Positions 54,510-63,507 of a stretch of 64,000 nt of DNA are shown one piece after another. Source of the DNA: Pseudomonadales bacterium (GTDB lineage: Bacteria; Pseudomonadota; Gammaproteobacteria; Pseudomonadales; Azotimanducaceae). How positions within the stretch are numbered: position 1 is the first letter of the stretch; every line of letters starts with the position of its first letter. The DNA is taken from contig JBFWZA010000013.1 in assembly GCA_050185825.1 (NCBI GenBank), forward strand, positions 76,445 through 140,444, in the 5' to 3' direction. The notes under the pieces are model-generated. The model was not told the DNA's origin, searched no databases, and saw only the letters and a program-made list of their open reading frames with translations. A program made the position numbers and the translations under genes.

Positions 54510-55187
54510 TCAGTCGTCGCCCATCCCGAAGAGAATGAGCAGCCACTGGAACATGTTCCAGATCGACATGTACAGCGTGGTGGTGGCCAGGATGTAGTTG
54601 GTCTCGCCGCCGTGGATGATGGCGCTCGTCTGGTAGAGGATCATGCCGCTCATGAGCAGCACTACCGCGGCACCGATGGCGCCGTAGAACGCGGACAGAT
54701 CCAGGAACCAGCTCAGCATCACCACCGCGAACAGCACCAGGGCGCCCACCATCAGGAAGTTGCCCATGAAGCTGAAGTCCTTGCGGGTGACCAGCGCGAT
54801 GGCCGACAGACCGACGAACGCGACAGCGGTGCTGCCGAGCGCCATCGTCACCACCTGGCCGCCGTTGGGCATACTGAGGAACATCTCGATCACCGGCCCG
54901 ATGGTGAAGCCGAGGAAACCGGTGAACGCAAACACCGAGGCGATGCCCCAGGCACTGTTGGCTGTCTTGTAGACCAGGAACAGCAGGCCCGCCCAGCCGA
55001 GCAGGGTCCACAGGCCCAGATACGGCGCATCGATGGCCATGGCGAAGGCCGCCATTGCCGCGCTGAACGCCAGGGTCATGCCGAGCAGCAGGTAGGTGTT
55101 GCGCAGAACCCTGTTGATCTCGACGCCGGTACCGACCCCGGGTCGGGCAGCCGGTCGGGCAACGGTTGCAGCGGGATGTTCAGCCAT
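54510..55187 (-). CDS. Bax inhibitor-1 / YccA family membrane protein
   Basis: ORF 54510..55208 trimmed to ATG 55187. Seven TM helices, N-terminal NRVLRNTYLLLGMTL, and a C-terminal LLILFGMGDD. Confidence 0.85.
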   Translation of the reverse strand: MAEHPAATVARPAARPGVGTGVEINRVLRNTYLLLGMTLAFSAAMAAFAMAIDAPYLGLWTLLGWAGLLFLVYKTANSAWGIASVFAFTGFLGFTIGPVIEMFLSMPNGGQVVTMALGSTAVAFVGLSAIALVTRKDFSFMGNFLMVGALVLFAVVMLSWFLDLSAFYGAIGAAVVLLMSGMILYQTSAIIHGGETNYILATTTLYMSIWNMFQWLLILFGMGDD

Positions 55188-55298
55188 ACGCACTCCTCTC
55201 AAAACCAAGTGAATCGCTCAGTTATATAGGGGTTTCGCCTCGCCTTTGCAAGTGTTACCAATCCGGACACATCGCCACCTTAAAAGTAAACTTATTGG

Positions 55299-57227
55299 TC
55301 AATATCGCCAACCCAGCAGGTTCCAATAGGCCAGCACGGCGACCAGCAGCACGAAGATCAGGGTGACATAGGTATAGCGCAGCCGCTGCCAGAGGTTGCA
55401 GTCGGGCGAGCGCCACACGGGCACCGCGAAGCCGACGGCGAGCAGCGTGAAGCCCGCGCCGATCACCGGGAATGCCAGCGCGATGCCGGTGCCGGGCGGC
55501 GGAAAGTCGAAGATCATCTCGGCCATGTCCGGCTCCCCCATGGCCACGCCGAACGCCACCACGAACGCCAGGAAGCTCAGCGACGCCCCGATCAGGCACC
55601 ACCTGGCCAGGCGGGCGGAGCCGCTCACGGATACCGTGCGCCGGTTGCGCACCGCATTGATCAGCACGAACACCGCCGCCAGCAGGGCCAGAGCGATCAC
55701 CAGCTGGTGCGTGGCCGCCTGCTCCCAGGCAGCCAGCCGATCCGCCACCATGACGGGTATGGCTCCCACCAGGGCCCGGGTCACCCGGCCCCCGTCGTCG
55801 GTCTGGAACACCAGGGTGTCCTGCCTGAGCTGCTGCCGGAACTGGTAAGGTGCGACCTCGATGAAGCGTCCGCCCAGCTCGCCGGGAATGAAGACCCCGT
55901 CGGCCCCCGCCGGCATGACCCGGATGTCGCCGCCAAGCCCGATGGACCCCTCCAGCCGGGTGTAGGAACGGCGGTTGAACCGGTAGGCCCCCACCACCTG
56001 CTCGATCCGCGCTTCCGTGCCCGCCAGCGGGGCCTCCGGAAACGCCGGTGAGGCGCCGCCGTCGCCCGGATAGAACCAGTCGAGCACGGCATTGGTCACG
56101 CCGGTTCTGGCCGTGGCGCCTTCCGGCGTGTTGAAGGAGAGGAAGAAGCCGAATCCGGACTCCGACTGGATCACCAGCTCCGAATGAAAGGCGATGGTGT
56201 CGCCCGCGTGGCCGACGAAGCGCTCGCCGTTCCTGAAGATCTCGTAGAAGCCGTGCGCCATGCCGGCGACCCGGTCGTCGTGGGCGAACAGCCGCTGATG
56301 CATGAGCGCGGTGGTCGCCGGCGACAGGATGCGTCCGCCAGCCGCGGCTCCGCCGCCCGAAACTTGGGCGGAGATGAACCGGGCCATGTCCGCGGCGGAC
56401 GCGGAGAGGGCGCCGGCCGGTCCGAAGTTGTGGATGTACTCGAACCCCATGGGCTCCACGCCGCCGTACTTCGCCGTGTAACCCTGGGCCATGTGCGGCG
56501 CGAGACCCGCCGGCAGGGGCTCGTCGAACGTCGCCTGGGTCATGCCGAGCGGGGCGAAGATGTGCTCGGCGACGTAGCTCTCGAAGCTCTGGCCCGACAC
56601 ATTCGCCACCACCAGCCCGGCCAGCGACGTGGCCCAGTTGCTGTAGGAGGCGAAGGTGCCGGGCGGTCGTACCTGGGTCGGCACGTGCGCCGCCAGGGAA
56701 TCGGCCAGGGGCACCAGATCTTCCGGCTCGTCCGCGAACAGGAATCCCGCACCACCATCCTCGAGCCCGGGCGTGTGGGTCATGATGTGGGTGAGGGTCA
56801 GCGGCTGGCCGAAGGCATCGGGCAGCTCGAACTGACTCACGTAGCCGCTCACCGGCGCGTTCAGGTCGAGGCGCCCCTGCTCGACGAGCTGCATCACGGC
56901 CGTCCAGGTGAAGAGCTTGGAAACGCTGCCCGGCCGAAACAGGGTGAGCGCGGGATCCACCGGCGCACCGGTGGCCAGGCTCGCCTGCCCGTAGCCCTTC
57001 GACAGCACTGGCTCACCATCGAGCACCAGCGAGAAGGTCGCGCCGACCAGCTTGTAGTCCTCGAACTGGGCCGCCATGACGCCGTCCAGGAAGGTCTCGA
57101 AATCAGCCGTTACTGGCCGCTCGGACGCCACCGTTGTGCTCCCGTCGACCGGTGGCTCGGCCGTCCTGGCGATACCGCCGAGCAGCAGCAATCCCACCGC
57201 CGTGGCGAGTCTCCAAACATCCGTCAC
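55299..57227 (-). CDS. beta-lactamase-fold serine hydrolase with a C-terminal 4-TM module
   Basis: SxxK motif (GSVSKLFT) and YxN motif (YSNWA). Four C-terminal hydrophobic helices. Track ORF 55299..57341 trimmed to GTG 57227, which follows GGGGAGAG and gives a signal-like N-terminus. Confidence 0.75.
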   Translation of the reverse strand: MTDVWRLATAVGLLLLGGIARTAEPPVDGSTTVASERPVTADFETFLDGVMAAQFEDYKLVGATFSLVLDGEPVLSKGYGQASLATGAPVDPALTLFRPGSVSKLFTWTAVMQLVEQGRLDLNAPVSGYVSQFELPDAFGQPLTLTHIMTHTPGLEDGGAGFLFADEPEDLVPLADSLAAHVPTQVRPPGTFASYSNWATSLAGLVVANVSGQSFESYVAEHIFAPLGMTQATFDEPLPAGLAPHMAQGYTAKYGGVEPMGFEYIHNFGPAGALSASAADMARFISAQVSGGGAAAGGRILSPATTALMHQRLFAHDDRVAGMAHGFYEIFRNGERFVGHAGDTIAFHSELVIQSESGFGFFLSFNTPEGATARTGVTNAVLDWFYPGDGGASPAFPEAPLAGTEARIEQVVGAYRFNRRSYTRLEGSIGLGGDIRVMPAGADGVFIPGELGGRFIEVAPYQFRQQLRQDTLVFQTDDGGRVTRALVGAIPVMVADRLAAWEQAATHQLVIALALLAAVFVLINAVRNRRTVSVSGSARLARWCLIGASLSFLAFVVAFGVAMGEPDMAEMIFDFPPPGTGIALAFPVIGAGFTLLAVGFAVPVWRSPDCNLWQRLRYTYVTLIFVLLVAVLAYWNLLGWRY

Positions 57228-57379
57228 GTCCGCTCTCCCCGTTCTCCCAAGACGAGCCACATAAAAACCCGTCAGCTCCCGCGGTTCAACGCCTGCCGGG
57301 CGGTTTTTCCGCGCCCTACGTTCGGCTGACGTTTCCCACACCTTTTACTCAACTGCCGCGGCTACCCTTCCGGTGTCGA

Positions 57380-58078
57380 ATGAGGCTCAATGACCCGATG
57401 CATGCGTTTCAGACCAGTCGGCAGCGCCCTGTCCGCGCCGGAGACCGCAGCCCCGCCCCGCACGCGGCTTGCCGCCGGTGGTTGGTCGCATTCTGCGGCG
57501 CTGGTCTGATCGCTGTTTCCGTCCTGGGGGCAACTCCGGCGACGGCTCAGGATCTTCCCGCCGACCCCGCCGACGCAGAGACGACGCTGACCGCCGGATC
57601 TGAGGCAGCAATGCCGGAAGGGCCGGCAGACGCCTATTACCGCTGGATAGACCGGGACGGCCGGGTGCAGTACACGGACTTCGAACCCGTGGGCGTTCCC
57701 GCGCAGCGCATCCCGCTGACCCCGCCGCCTGCAGAAGACGCGCCCGTCATCGCCGGCGCCGGTGCACAGTGGCAGCCCGATCCGTTCCACGATCAGGATG
57801 CGCAGATCGTGCCCATCGAGCACATCGGTCCGTGTGCGGACGCACGCCAGCAACTGGCCGTGCTGTATGCCGCCGTGCCCGTCTACCGGGACGATGGCGG
57901 TCAGTACCGGGCAGCCTGGCGTGGCGATGGATACCGCGGGGATCGCCGCTGGCTGGATGCCGACGAGCGCACCGCCGCCATCACCCGTGCCCGCGGTGAC
58001 GTGCTCCGGCACTGCAGCGATCCGGCCGCCTTCGAGCGCGAAGTCGAGACCTTCGACACCGAGGTGGGCAAGCACTGA
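57380..58078 (+). CDS. DUF4124-domain secreted protein
   Basis: ORF 57134..58078 trimmed to ATG 57380 (or 57398). Signal/TM segment LVAFCGAGLIAVSVLGATPATA, then the DUF4124 signature YYRWIDRDGRVQYTD. Confidence 0.6.
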   Translation: MRLNDPMHAFQTSRQRPVRAGDRSPAPHAACRRWLVAFCGAGLIAVSVLGATPATAQDLPADPADAETTLTAGSEAAMPEGPADAYYRWIDRDGRVQYTDFEPVGVPAQRIPLTPPPAEDAPVIAGAGAQWQPDPFHDQDAQIVPIEHIGPCADARQQLAVLYAAVPVYRDDGGQYRAAWRGDGYRGDRRWLDADERTAAITRARGDVLRHCSDPAAFEREVETFDTEVGKH

Positions 58079-58102
58079 GCGGCACGCCCGCGGTGCCCGG
58101 CT

Positions 58103-58681
58103 TCAGATCCCGAGCACCGACTCACAGCGCCCGATCCACTCCCGCACCGCCGGCCGCCCACCGAGGTCGAACCCGCCTTCATGCGCCAGGCGGGTGTAGG
58201 CGAGCAGCGCGATGTCGGCGATGGTGAACGTTTCGCCGACGATCCAGTCCCGGCCGCGGAGGCTGCGATCCATCAGGTCGAGCGCACCCTCCCCCCGCTC
58301 CACCCGCCAGGGTTCCCGGGCTTCCCTGGGCTTACCCTGATACACCATCACAAACCGGCAGACGGCCACGTAGGGTTCGTGGCTGTACTGTTCCCAGAAC
58401 AGCCACTCGTTCACCTTGGCCTGAGCGAAGTCATCCTGCGGCAGCAGGTCACTGTCGCGCGCGAGGTAGCCGATGATGGCGTTCGACTGCGCGAGGGTGC
58501 GACCGTCGTCGAGCACCAGCAGCGGCACCTGACCGGCCGGATTCATGGCCAGGTATTCCGGCGTGCGCGTCTCTCCCGCCATGATGTCCGTGGGCACCCA
58601 CTCGTAATCCAGCCCCAGATAGTCCGCCGTGTACTGCACCTTCAGGCAGTTACCCGAGATCCTGTCGCCGTAGACCTTCAC
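58103..58681 (-). CDS. glutathione S-transferase
   Basis: Thioredoxin-like N-domain (KVYGDRISGNCLKV, PAGQVPLLVLDDGRTLAQSNAIIGYL). The start is probably GTG 58681, which is 7 nt after AAGGAAG. ATG 58702 is an alternative. Confidence 0.8.
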   Translation of the reverse strand: MKVYGDRISGNCLKVQYTADYLGLDYEWVPTDIMAGETRTPEYLAMNPAGQVPLLVLDDGRTLAQSNAIIGYLARDSDLLPQDDFAQAKVNEWLFWEQYSHEPYVAVCRFVMVYQGKPREAREPWRVERGEGALDLMDRSLRGRDWIVGETFTIADIALLAYTRLAHEGGFDLGGRPAVREWIGRCESVLGI

Positions 58682-58824
58682 CGTGACTTCCTTGCGTTGC
58701 ATTCCTGCCGAGCTTAGCGGGCCGGGCGTGGTGTTGGCCACGGCCAGGCCGGTGGAAACAATCTGTTCTGGAGCCGTTGCAGCATCGGGACTAACATAGG
58801 GCTTCGAAGAGCCAGGCCGGATCT

Positions 58825-60042
58825 GTGCGTAATCTCAAACCGTCCGACGTCATCGTGGTCGGCAACTCTTCAGACGACCCCTTCGCCATCGACGTGGCTT
58901 TCTCGGTCGGCCAGACCGAGGACATCGCCGACCTCATCAGCATGAAGAACTTCGCCAACTCGGAGTTCTGCCCGCGATTCATCTCCGACGAGGAGGACTT
59001 CACCCGGATCGGCAGCAAGCTCTACGGTGTGCGGGTGATCATCGTCAGCACCACCAGCCGGGTGGTCAGCCGCCAGAATCTGGCCATGCGCAACCTGCTG
59101 ATCGCCCGGGCGGCAAAGGAGAACGGCGCCGCCCAGGTGATGCTCGTGGAGCCGGACCTCTTCTACAGCGCCCAGGACCGCGGGCCCCGCCAGGAGCTCG
59201 GCGAGGTTCAGGGCAGCCGCAGCCGCGAGGACCTGAAGAAGTTCGATGGCCAGCCCTTCACCGCCAAGCTCTACGCGGAGATGCTGAAGCTCGCCGGGGT
59301 GGACAGCGTGCTCACGGTGCACAACCACTCCTACTCCGTGCAGTCCACGTTCAGCCAGGTCTTCGGCGGCCAGTTCTACAACCTGATTCCCTACGACATC
59401 TACTGCGACTACCTGCGCTGGTCCAACATCGTCAGCTACGGCCCCGAGGGGGAAGGGCTGGCGCTGTGCGCGCCGGACAAGGGCGCCAGGGATTTCGTGA
59501 AGGAGATGTTCCGGCGCCTCAACCTGCCCAAGGCCAAGTTCATCCTGCTCGACAAGGAGCGCTCCGGCGAGCGGGACGTGCAGATCAAGCTCCACGACGA
59601 GAGCGAGTCCACCTTCGAGGAGATCGACGGCCACGACGTAGTGCTGTTCGACGACATGGTCCGCACCGGCTCCACGGTGGTGAAGTCCTGCCAGTTTCTG
59701 AAGGCCATCCACCCCGGCCGCCTGGTGTTCGCCGTTACCCACTTCTACGCCAGCGACGAGGGCCGCGAGAAGATGGCGAGCACCGCCATCGACGAGATCC
59801 TCACCCTGAACACGCTGCCCACCATCCAGAACCGCGACGAGCAGGGGCGGCTGCGGAAGAAGATGGTGGTGCTGAAGATCGAGAAGTGGCTGGCGAAGAA
59901 CCTCTGCCAGATCCTCGGCATCCCGCACCAGGCGGACGAGGGTCTCTATCAGATCGAGATGTCCTCCAAGAACCCACGCTTTCTGCGCAAGATCTACTCG
60001 AGCGATCAGCTCCGCTCACTCAGGCAGGAACAGCTTTTCTAA
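58825..60042 (+). CDS. divergent ribose-phosphate pyrophosphokinase (Prs) family protein
   Basis: 405-aa ORF with a GTG start. Prs-like blocks: FANSEF (compare FSDGE), FYSAQDR (FGYARQDR), LTVHNHS (LTVDLHA), VVLFDDMVRTGSTVVK (VLVDDMIDTGGTLCK). It also has an insertion of about 17 aa after QDR and a roughly 60-aa C-terminal extension. Confidence 0.7.
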   Translation: MRNLKPSDVIVVGNSSDDPFAIDVAFSVGQTEDIADLISMKNFANSEFCPRFISDEEDFTRIGSKLYGVRVIIVSTTSRVVSRQNLAMRNLLIARAAKENGAAQVMLVEPDLFYSAQDRGPRQELGEVQGSRSREDLKKFDGQPFTAKLYAEMLKLAGVDSVLTVHNHSYSVQSTFSQVFGGQFYNLIPYDIYCDYLRWSNIVSYGPEGEGLALCAPDKGARDFVKEMFRRLNLPKAKFILLDKERSGERDVQIKLHDESESTFEEIDGHDVVLFDDMVRTGSTVVKSCQFLKAIHPGRLVFAVTHFYASDEGREKMASTAIDEILTLNTLPTIQNRDEQGRLRKKMVVLKIEKWLAKNLCQILGIPHQADEGLYQIEMSSKNPRFLRKIYSSDQLRSLRQEQLF

Positions 60043-61397
60043 CCCACCCGGTAGCGGGCGCCGGGGTGCTCCGCGGGCAGGTGATCTCCGCGCCCGAAGA
60101 GCTTCCCGCGCAGCGTGCCGTGCGCGTACGCCGTCCGGTAGGCGCCCCGCTTCTGCAGCTCCGGTACCACCAGATCGACGAACGACTCGAAGCATTCCGG
60201 CAGCACGGTGTAGGCGAGATTGAAGCCGTCGACGCCGGTTTCCCGAACCCAGTCTTCCAGCTGATCGGCCACCGTGTCCGGCGCGCCGACGACGACCCGG
60301 GCAGCACCGCCCACGGACAGCGACCGTCCCCACTCCCGCACCGTTCTGCTGCCGAGGGAGGTCATGGCACTCTGGATCGCCTGGCTCGACACGTTCTCCA
60401 CGCGCTCGTCCAGGCCGAACCGGGACAGGTCCACGCCCGTCCAGCCCGACATCAGCGCCAGCGCCCCTTCCGGGAGTGCGTAGCGGCCGTAGTCATCGAG
60501 CAGGGCTCTCGCGCCGGCATCCGTCTCGTCGACCACGACGGCGATCAACGCGAAGATCTTCAGATCGTCACCACGCCGACCAGCAGCCTCCGCCTGCTCC
60601 CGCAGGCTGCGCACCGTCGCCGCGTCCGGCGCGCCGATGAAAACGCATTCCGCATGCGCCGCGGCGAACGCCTGGCCCTTCGGCGAGCTGCCGGCCTGGA
60701 AGATCACGGGCGAACGTTGTGGCGAGGGCTCACAGAGGTGGATCGCCTCGAGGTCGAAGTAGGGGCCGTGGTGCGCGATCTGGTGCACGCGCGCCGGATC
60801 CGCGTAGATGCCTGCCTCCCGGTCGCGGATCACCGCGCCGTCCTCCCAGCTGCCTTCCCAGAGCTTGTACATCAGCGTCATGTAGTCCGCGGCGATCTCG
60901 TAACGCGTGTCGTGCTCGGTCTGACGGGCCTTGCCGACCCCGCGCGCCGCGCTGTCCAGATAACCGGTGACCACGTTCCAGGCCACGCGGCCCGCCGTCA
61001 GGTGGTCGAGCGTGGACATGCGCCGGGCGAACGCATAGGGCGGCTCGTAGGGAATCGCACCCGTGATCCCGAAGCCGAGATGCTCCGTCACCGCCGCCAT
61101 GGCGGGCACCAGCAGATAGGGATCGTTGGTGGGAATCTGCATGGCGGTGCGGATGGCGGCATCCGCCGAGCCCTGGTAGACGTCGTAGACGCCGGTCACG
61201 TCGGCGAGAAAGATCCCGTCGAACAGTCCCCGCTCCAGGGTCCTGGCCAGAGTCAGCCAGTGATCGAGGCGATGGTAGTCGCTGGAGCGGTCCCGGGGAT
61301 GACGCCACAGGCCGCTCGACTGGTGGGCCACGCAGTTCATCGCAAAGGCGTTGAGCAGGATCCCCTGGCCTTCGGGCGTATGCGAATCGGCTTGCAC
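60039..61397 (-). CDS. LLM-class flavin-dependent monooxygenase (NtaA/SnaA/DszA group)
   Basis: 452-aa ORF with NAFAMNCVAHQSSGLWRHP, GIFLADV, WNVVTGY and FQAGSS. Confidence 0.9.
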   Translation of the reverse strand: MQADSHTPEGQGILLNAFAMNCVAHQSSGLWRHPRDRSSDYHRLDHWLTLARTLERGLFDGIFLADVTGVYDVYQGSADAAIRTAMQIPTNDPYLLVPAMAAVTEHLGFGITGAIPYEPPYAFARRMSTLDHLTAGRVAWNVVTGYLDSAARGVGKARQTEHDTRYEIAADYMTLMYKLWEGSWEDGAVIRDREAGIYADPARVHQIAHHGPYFDLEAIHLCEPSPQRSPVIFQAGSSPKGQAFAAAHAECVFIGAPDAATVRSLREQAEAAGRRGDDLKIFALIAVVVDETDAGARALLDDYGRYALPEGALALMSGWTGVDLSRFGLDERVENVSSQAIQSAMTSLGSRTVREWGRSLSVGGAARVVVGAPDTVADQLEDWVRETGVDGFNLAYTVLPECFESFVDLVVPELQKRGAYRTAYAHGTLRGKLFGRGDHLPAEHPGARYRVG

Positions 61398-61488
61398 GTC
61401 CGTCCCCCACGGCTGTTTCGACCACGTCAGTCTATCGAAGCACAGGGAAAGCGGTCGCCACGAGGCGTTCGGATACTACGGATACTCG

Positions 61489-62754
61489 TTGTCGGCCGGT
61501 GCCGCTAGGGTCGATCCTCAAGCCGGAGGGCAGACCATCAAACCGTTCACCACCTCGAAGGCCCTCCTGGAACGCGCCCGGGAGGTCATTCCGGGCGCCA
61601 TCCCGGGCATCCGCGCACCAGAGAACTTCGTGCCGGGCGCGTACCCGACACTGCTCGCTGCCGGCCATGGCGGTCATGTCACCGATGTGGACGGCAACGA
61701 CTTCGTGGACCTGCTGCTCGGCTACGGCCCCATCGTGCTGGGCCACGGCGAGCCCGCGGTGGACGCTGCCGCTTCTGCACATGCCCGGCGCGGCTTCTGC
61801 CTCAACCTGCCGCAGCCGGTCATGATCGAGTTGGCGGAGCGGCTGGTGGCGCTGGTTCCGAGCGCCGAGCAGGCGCTCTTCTTCAAGACCGGCTCCGATG
61901 CGACCACGGCCGCGGTCCGGCTCGCCAGAGCCCACACCGGCAAGCCGATGATCCTACGCTGCGGCTATCACGGCTGGCACGACTGGTGCCTGGCGGCAGA
62001 TCCGGGCGTGCCGGGCGGCGGCAAACCGGCCGTCGTCGCCTTCGAGTACAACGCGCCGGATCAACTGGCATCGCTGCTCGAGCAGCATGCCGGCCGGGTC
62101 GCCGGCATCATCCTGACGCCCATCGGCCACGAGTTCGACGAGCAGATCAGAACGCCCGCCCCGGGATTCCTGGAAACCGTTCGCCACCTGGCAGACGAAC
62201 ACCAGGCGGTGCTGATCTTCGACGAGATCCGCTCGGGCTTCCGGGTTGACCTGGGTGGCGCACAGGCCCTCTACGGCATCACGCCGGACCTCACCGCGCT
62301 GGGCAAGGCCATGGCCAACGGCTACCCCATCACCACCCTGGTCGGCCGGCGGCAGGTCATGGAAAGCGCCACCCGGACGTTCATCTCCTCCACCTACTTC
62401 CCGAACGGCATGGAGATGTCGGCGGCGTTGGCAACCCTGGACATCCTTAGCGGAGAAAACGTCCTGACGGCCATCGTCAAGTTCGGACAGCGGCTGGACG
62501 AAGGGCTCAGGCGCATCACCAAAGACCGCGCCCTGCCGGTGAGCCTGTCGCCGTACCCGCAGATGCCGTTCGTGCACTTCGACCCCTCGCTCGACACCGG
62601 GCAGGCGCAACGACGGGATCGCTTCTACGCCACCCTGGCTGCGAACGGCGTATTCGCCCACCCGCGACACCACGGATTCCTCTGCTGGCGTCACGATGGC
62701 GCGGACGAGGAGCGCATTCTGGACGCAGTGCAGGCCGCCGCGCGGACTTTGTGA
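61489..62754 (+). CDS. class-III (GSA-aminomutase-like) PLP-dependent aminotransferase
   Basis: Motifs SKALLERAREVIPG, FFKTGSDATTAAVRLAR, LIFDEIRSGFR, and the PLP Lys in DLTALGKAMANG. The start is uncertain: TTG 61489, or ATG 61351, which would overlap the divergent gene. Confidence 0.75.
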   Translation: MSAGAARVDPQAGGQTIKPFTTSKALLERAREVIPGAIPGIRAPENFVPGAYPTLLAAGHGGHVTDVDGNDFVDLLLGYGPIVLGHGEPAVDAAASAHARRGFCLNLPQPVMIELAERLVALVPSAEQALFFKTGSDATTAAVRLARAHTGKPMILRCGYHGWHDWCLAADPGVPGGGKPAVVAFEYNAPDQLASLLEQHAGRVAGIILTPIGHEFDEQIRTPAPGFLETVRHLADEHQAVLIFDEIRSGFRVDLGGAQALYGITPDLTALGKAMANGYPITTLVGRRQVMESATRTFISSTYFPNGMEMSAALATLDILSGENVLTAIVKFGQRLDEGLRRITKDRALPVSLSPYPQMPFVHFDPSLDTGQAQRRDRFYATLAANGVFAHPRHHGFLCWRHDGADEERILDAVQAAARTL

Positions 62755-62773
62755 GGAGAGTAAGGAGGGAGAA

Positions 62774-62850
62774 TGGTAGCTACGGGTGGGCTCGAACCAC
62801 CGACCCCAGCATTATGAATGCTGTGCTCTAACCAACTGAGCTACGTAGCC
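62774..62850 (-). tRNA. tRNA-Met (elongator type, anticodon CAT)
   Basis: The reverse complement is GGCTACGTAGCTCAGTTGGTTAGAGCACAGCATTCATAATGCTGGGGTCGGTGGTTCGAGCCCACCCGTAGCTACCA. It folds as a cloverleaf with anticodon loop TTCATAA and an encoded CCA. The 5' half is nearly identical to E. coli metT as I remember it. A lysidine-modified tRNA-Ile2 cannot be formally excluded. Confidence 0.9.
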
Positions 62851-62949
62851 CCTGTGTGAACCTGCCCGCCGGGTTGTCCGGGTCGGCCGCTGTCGCTACA
62901 GTGGCGCCCTTTTTCAACGGGGGCGCGATTTTCGGGCACCCTCCGGTAG

Positions 62950-63507
62950 ATGTCAAACGCCCAGAAAACCCCGCAGAACGGCGCCGACCTGCTCCGGGTC
63001 GATCCCTGGCGCGTCCGCCCGCTGCCCCTGCCGACGGGGCAGGCTCTGCCCTACCGCCACTGGATCGAGCTCACGGGCTCCATGACCCGCGAGCTGGGCG
63101 CGCGGCTCGGCGGCACGGTGCAGGTAACGCCCAGCTACGAAGGGCCGGGTCGGCTCGCCCCCTGGGAGCGCCGCTTCCTGAGGGCCAGGGCCCGGCAGGC
63201 CTACGTTCGCGAGGTGACCCTGTCCGTCGCTGGAATCCCGGTGCTGGGCGCCCGCACGCTCAGCCTGCTGGACGATCCGGCGGTGGACGTGCTGCGCAGG
63301 TTGTCCAGCCGGCCGCTGGCCGAGGTGCTTTTCGAAGATCGGGACTGGCAGCGGCTCACCGCACCCGTGCCGGTGATCGAAACGTTCCGGGGGTGCGTGG
63401 GCCGAGCCTGTGTGTGGGGATACCGCAGCCGCCGCCGCTCCGGGAGCCGGATCCTGGTCACGGAGTACTTCGAGCCGGCGTTGGCCGAAGTGGGGCTCAG
63501 ACGTTGA
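62950..63507 (+). CDS. ubiC: chorismate-pyruvate lyase
   Basis: 185-aa ORF with the UbiC pattern [32 protein letters not shown] and RILVTEYF. Confidence 0.75.
   Translation: MSNAQKTPQNGADLLRVDPWRVRPLPLPTGQALPYRHWIELTGSMTRELGARLGGTVQVTPSYEGPGRLAPWERRFLRARARQAYVREVTLSVAGIPVLGARTLSLLDDPAVDVLRRLSSRPLAEVLFEDRDWQRLTAPVPVIETFRGCVGRACVWGYRSRRRSGSRILVTEYFEPALAEVGLRR

Noticed and set aside
55188-55298. AT-rich 111-bp spacer upstream of the BI-1-like gene containing TTGACC, as a defined promoter.
   Set aside because: I could not find a convincing -10 element at 16-18 nt spacing. It is probably a promoter region, but it is not supportable as a specific feature.
62700-62950. Genomic island or integrative element at the tRNA-Met gene.
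   Set aside because: There is no integrase, no duplicated tRNA 3' segment and no obvious compositional shift on either side. The flanking genes (aminotransferase, ubiC, ychF) look like core genes.
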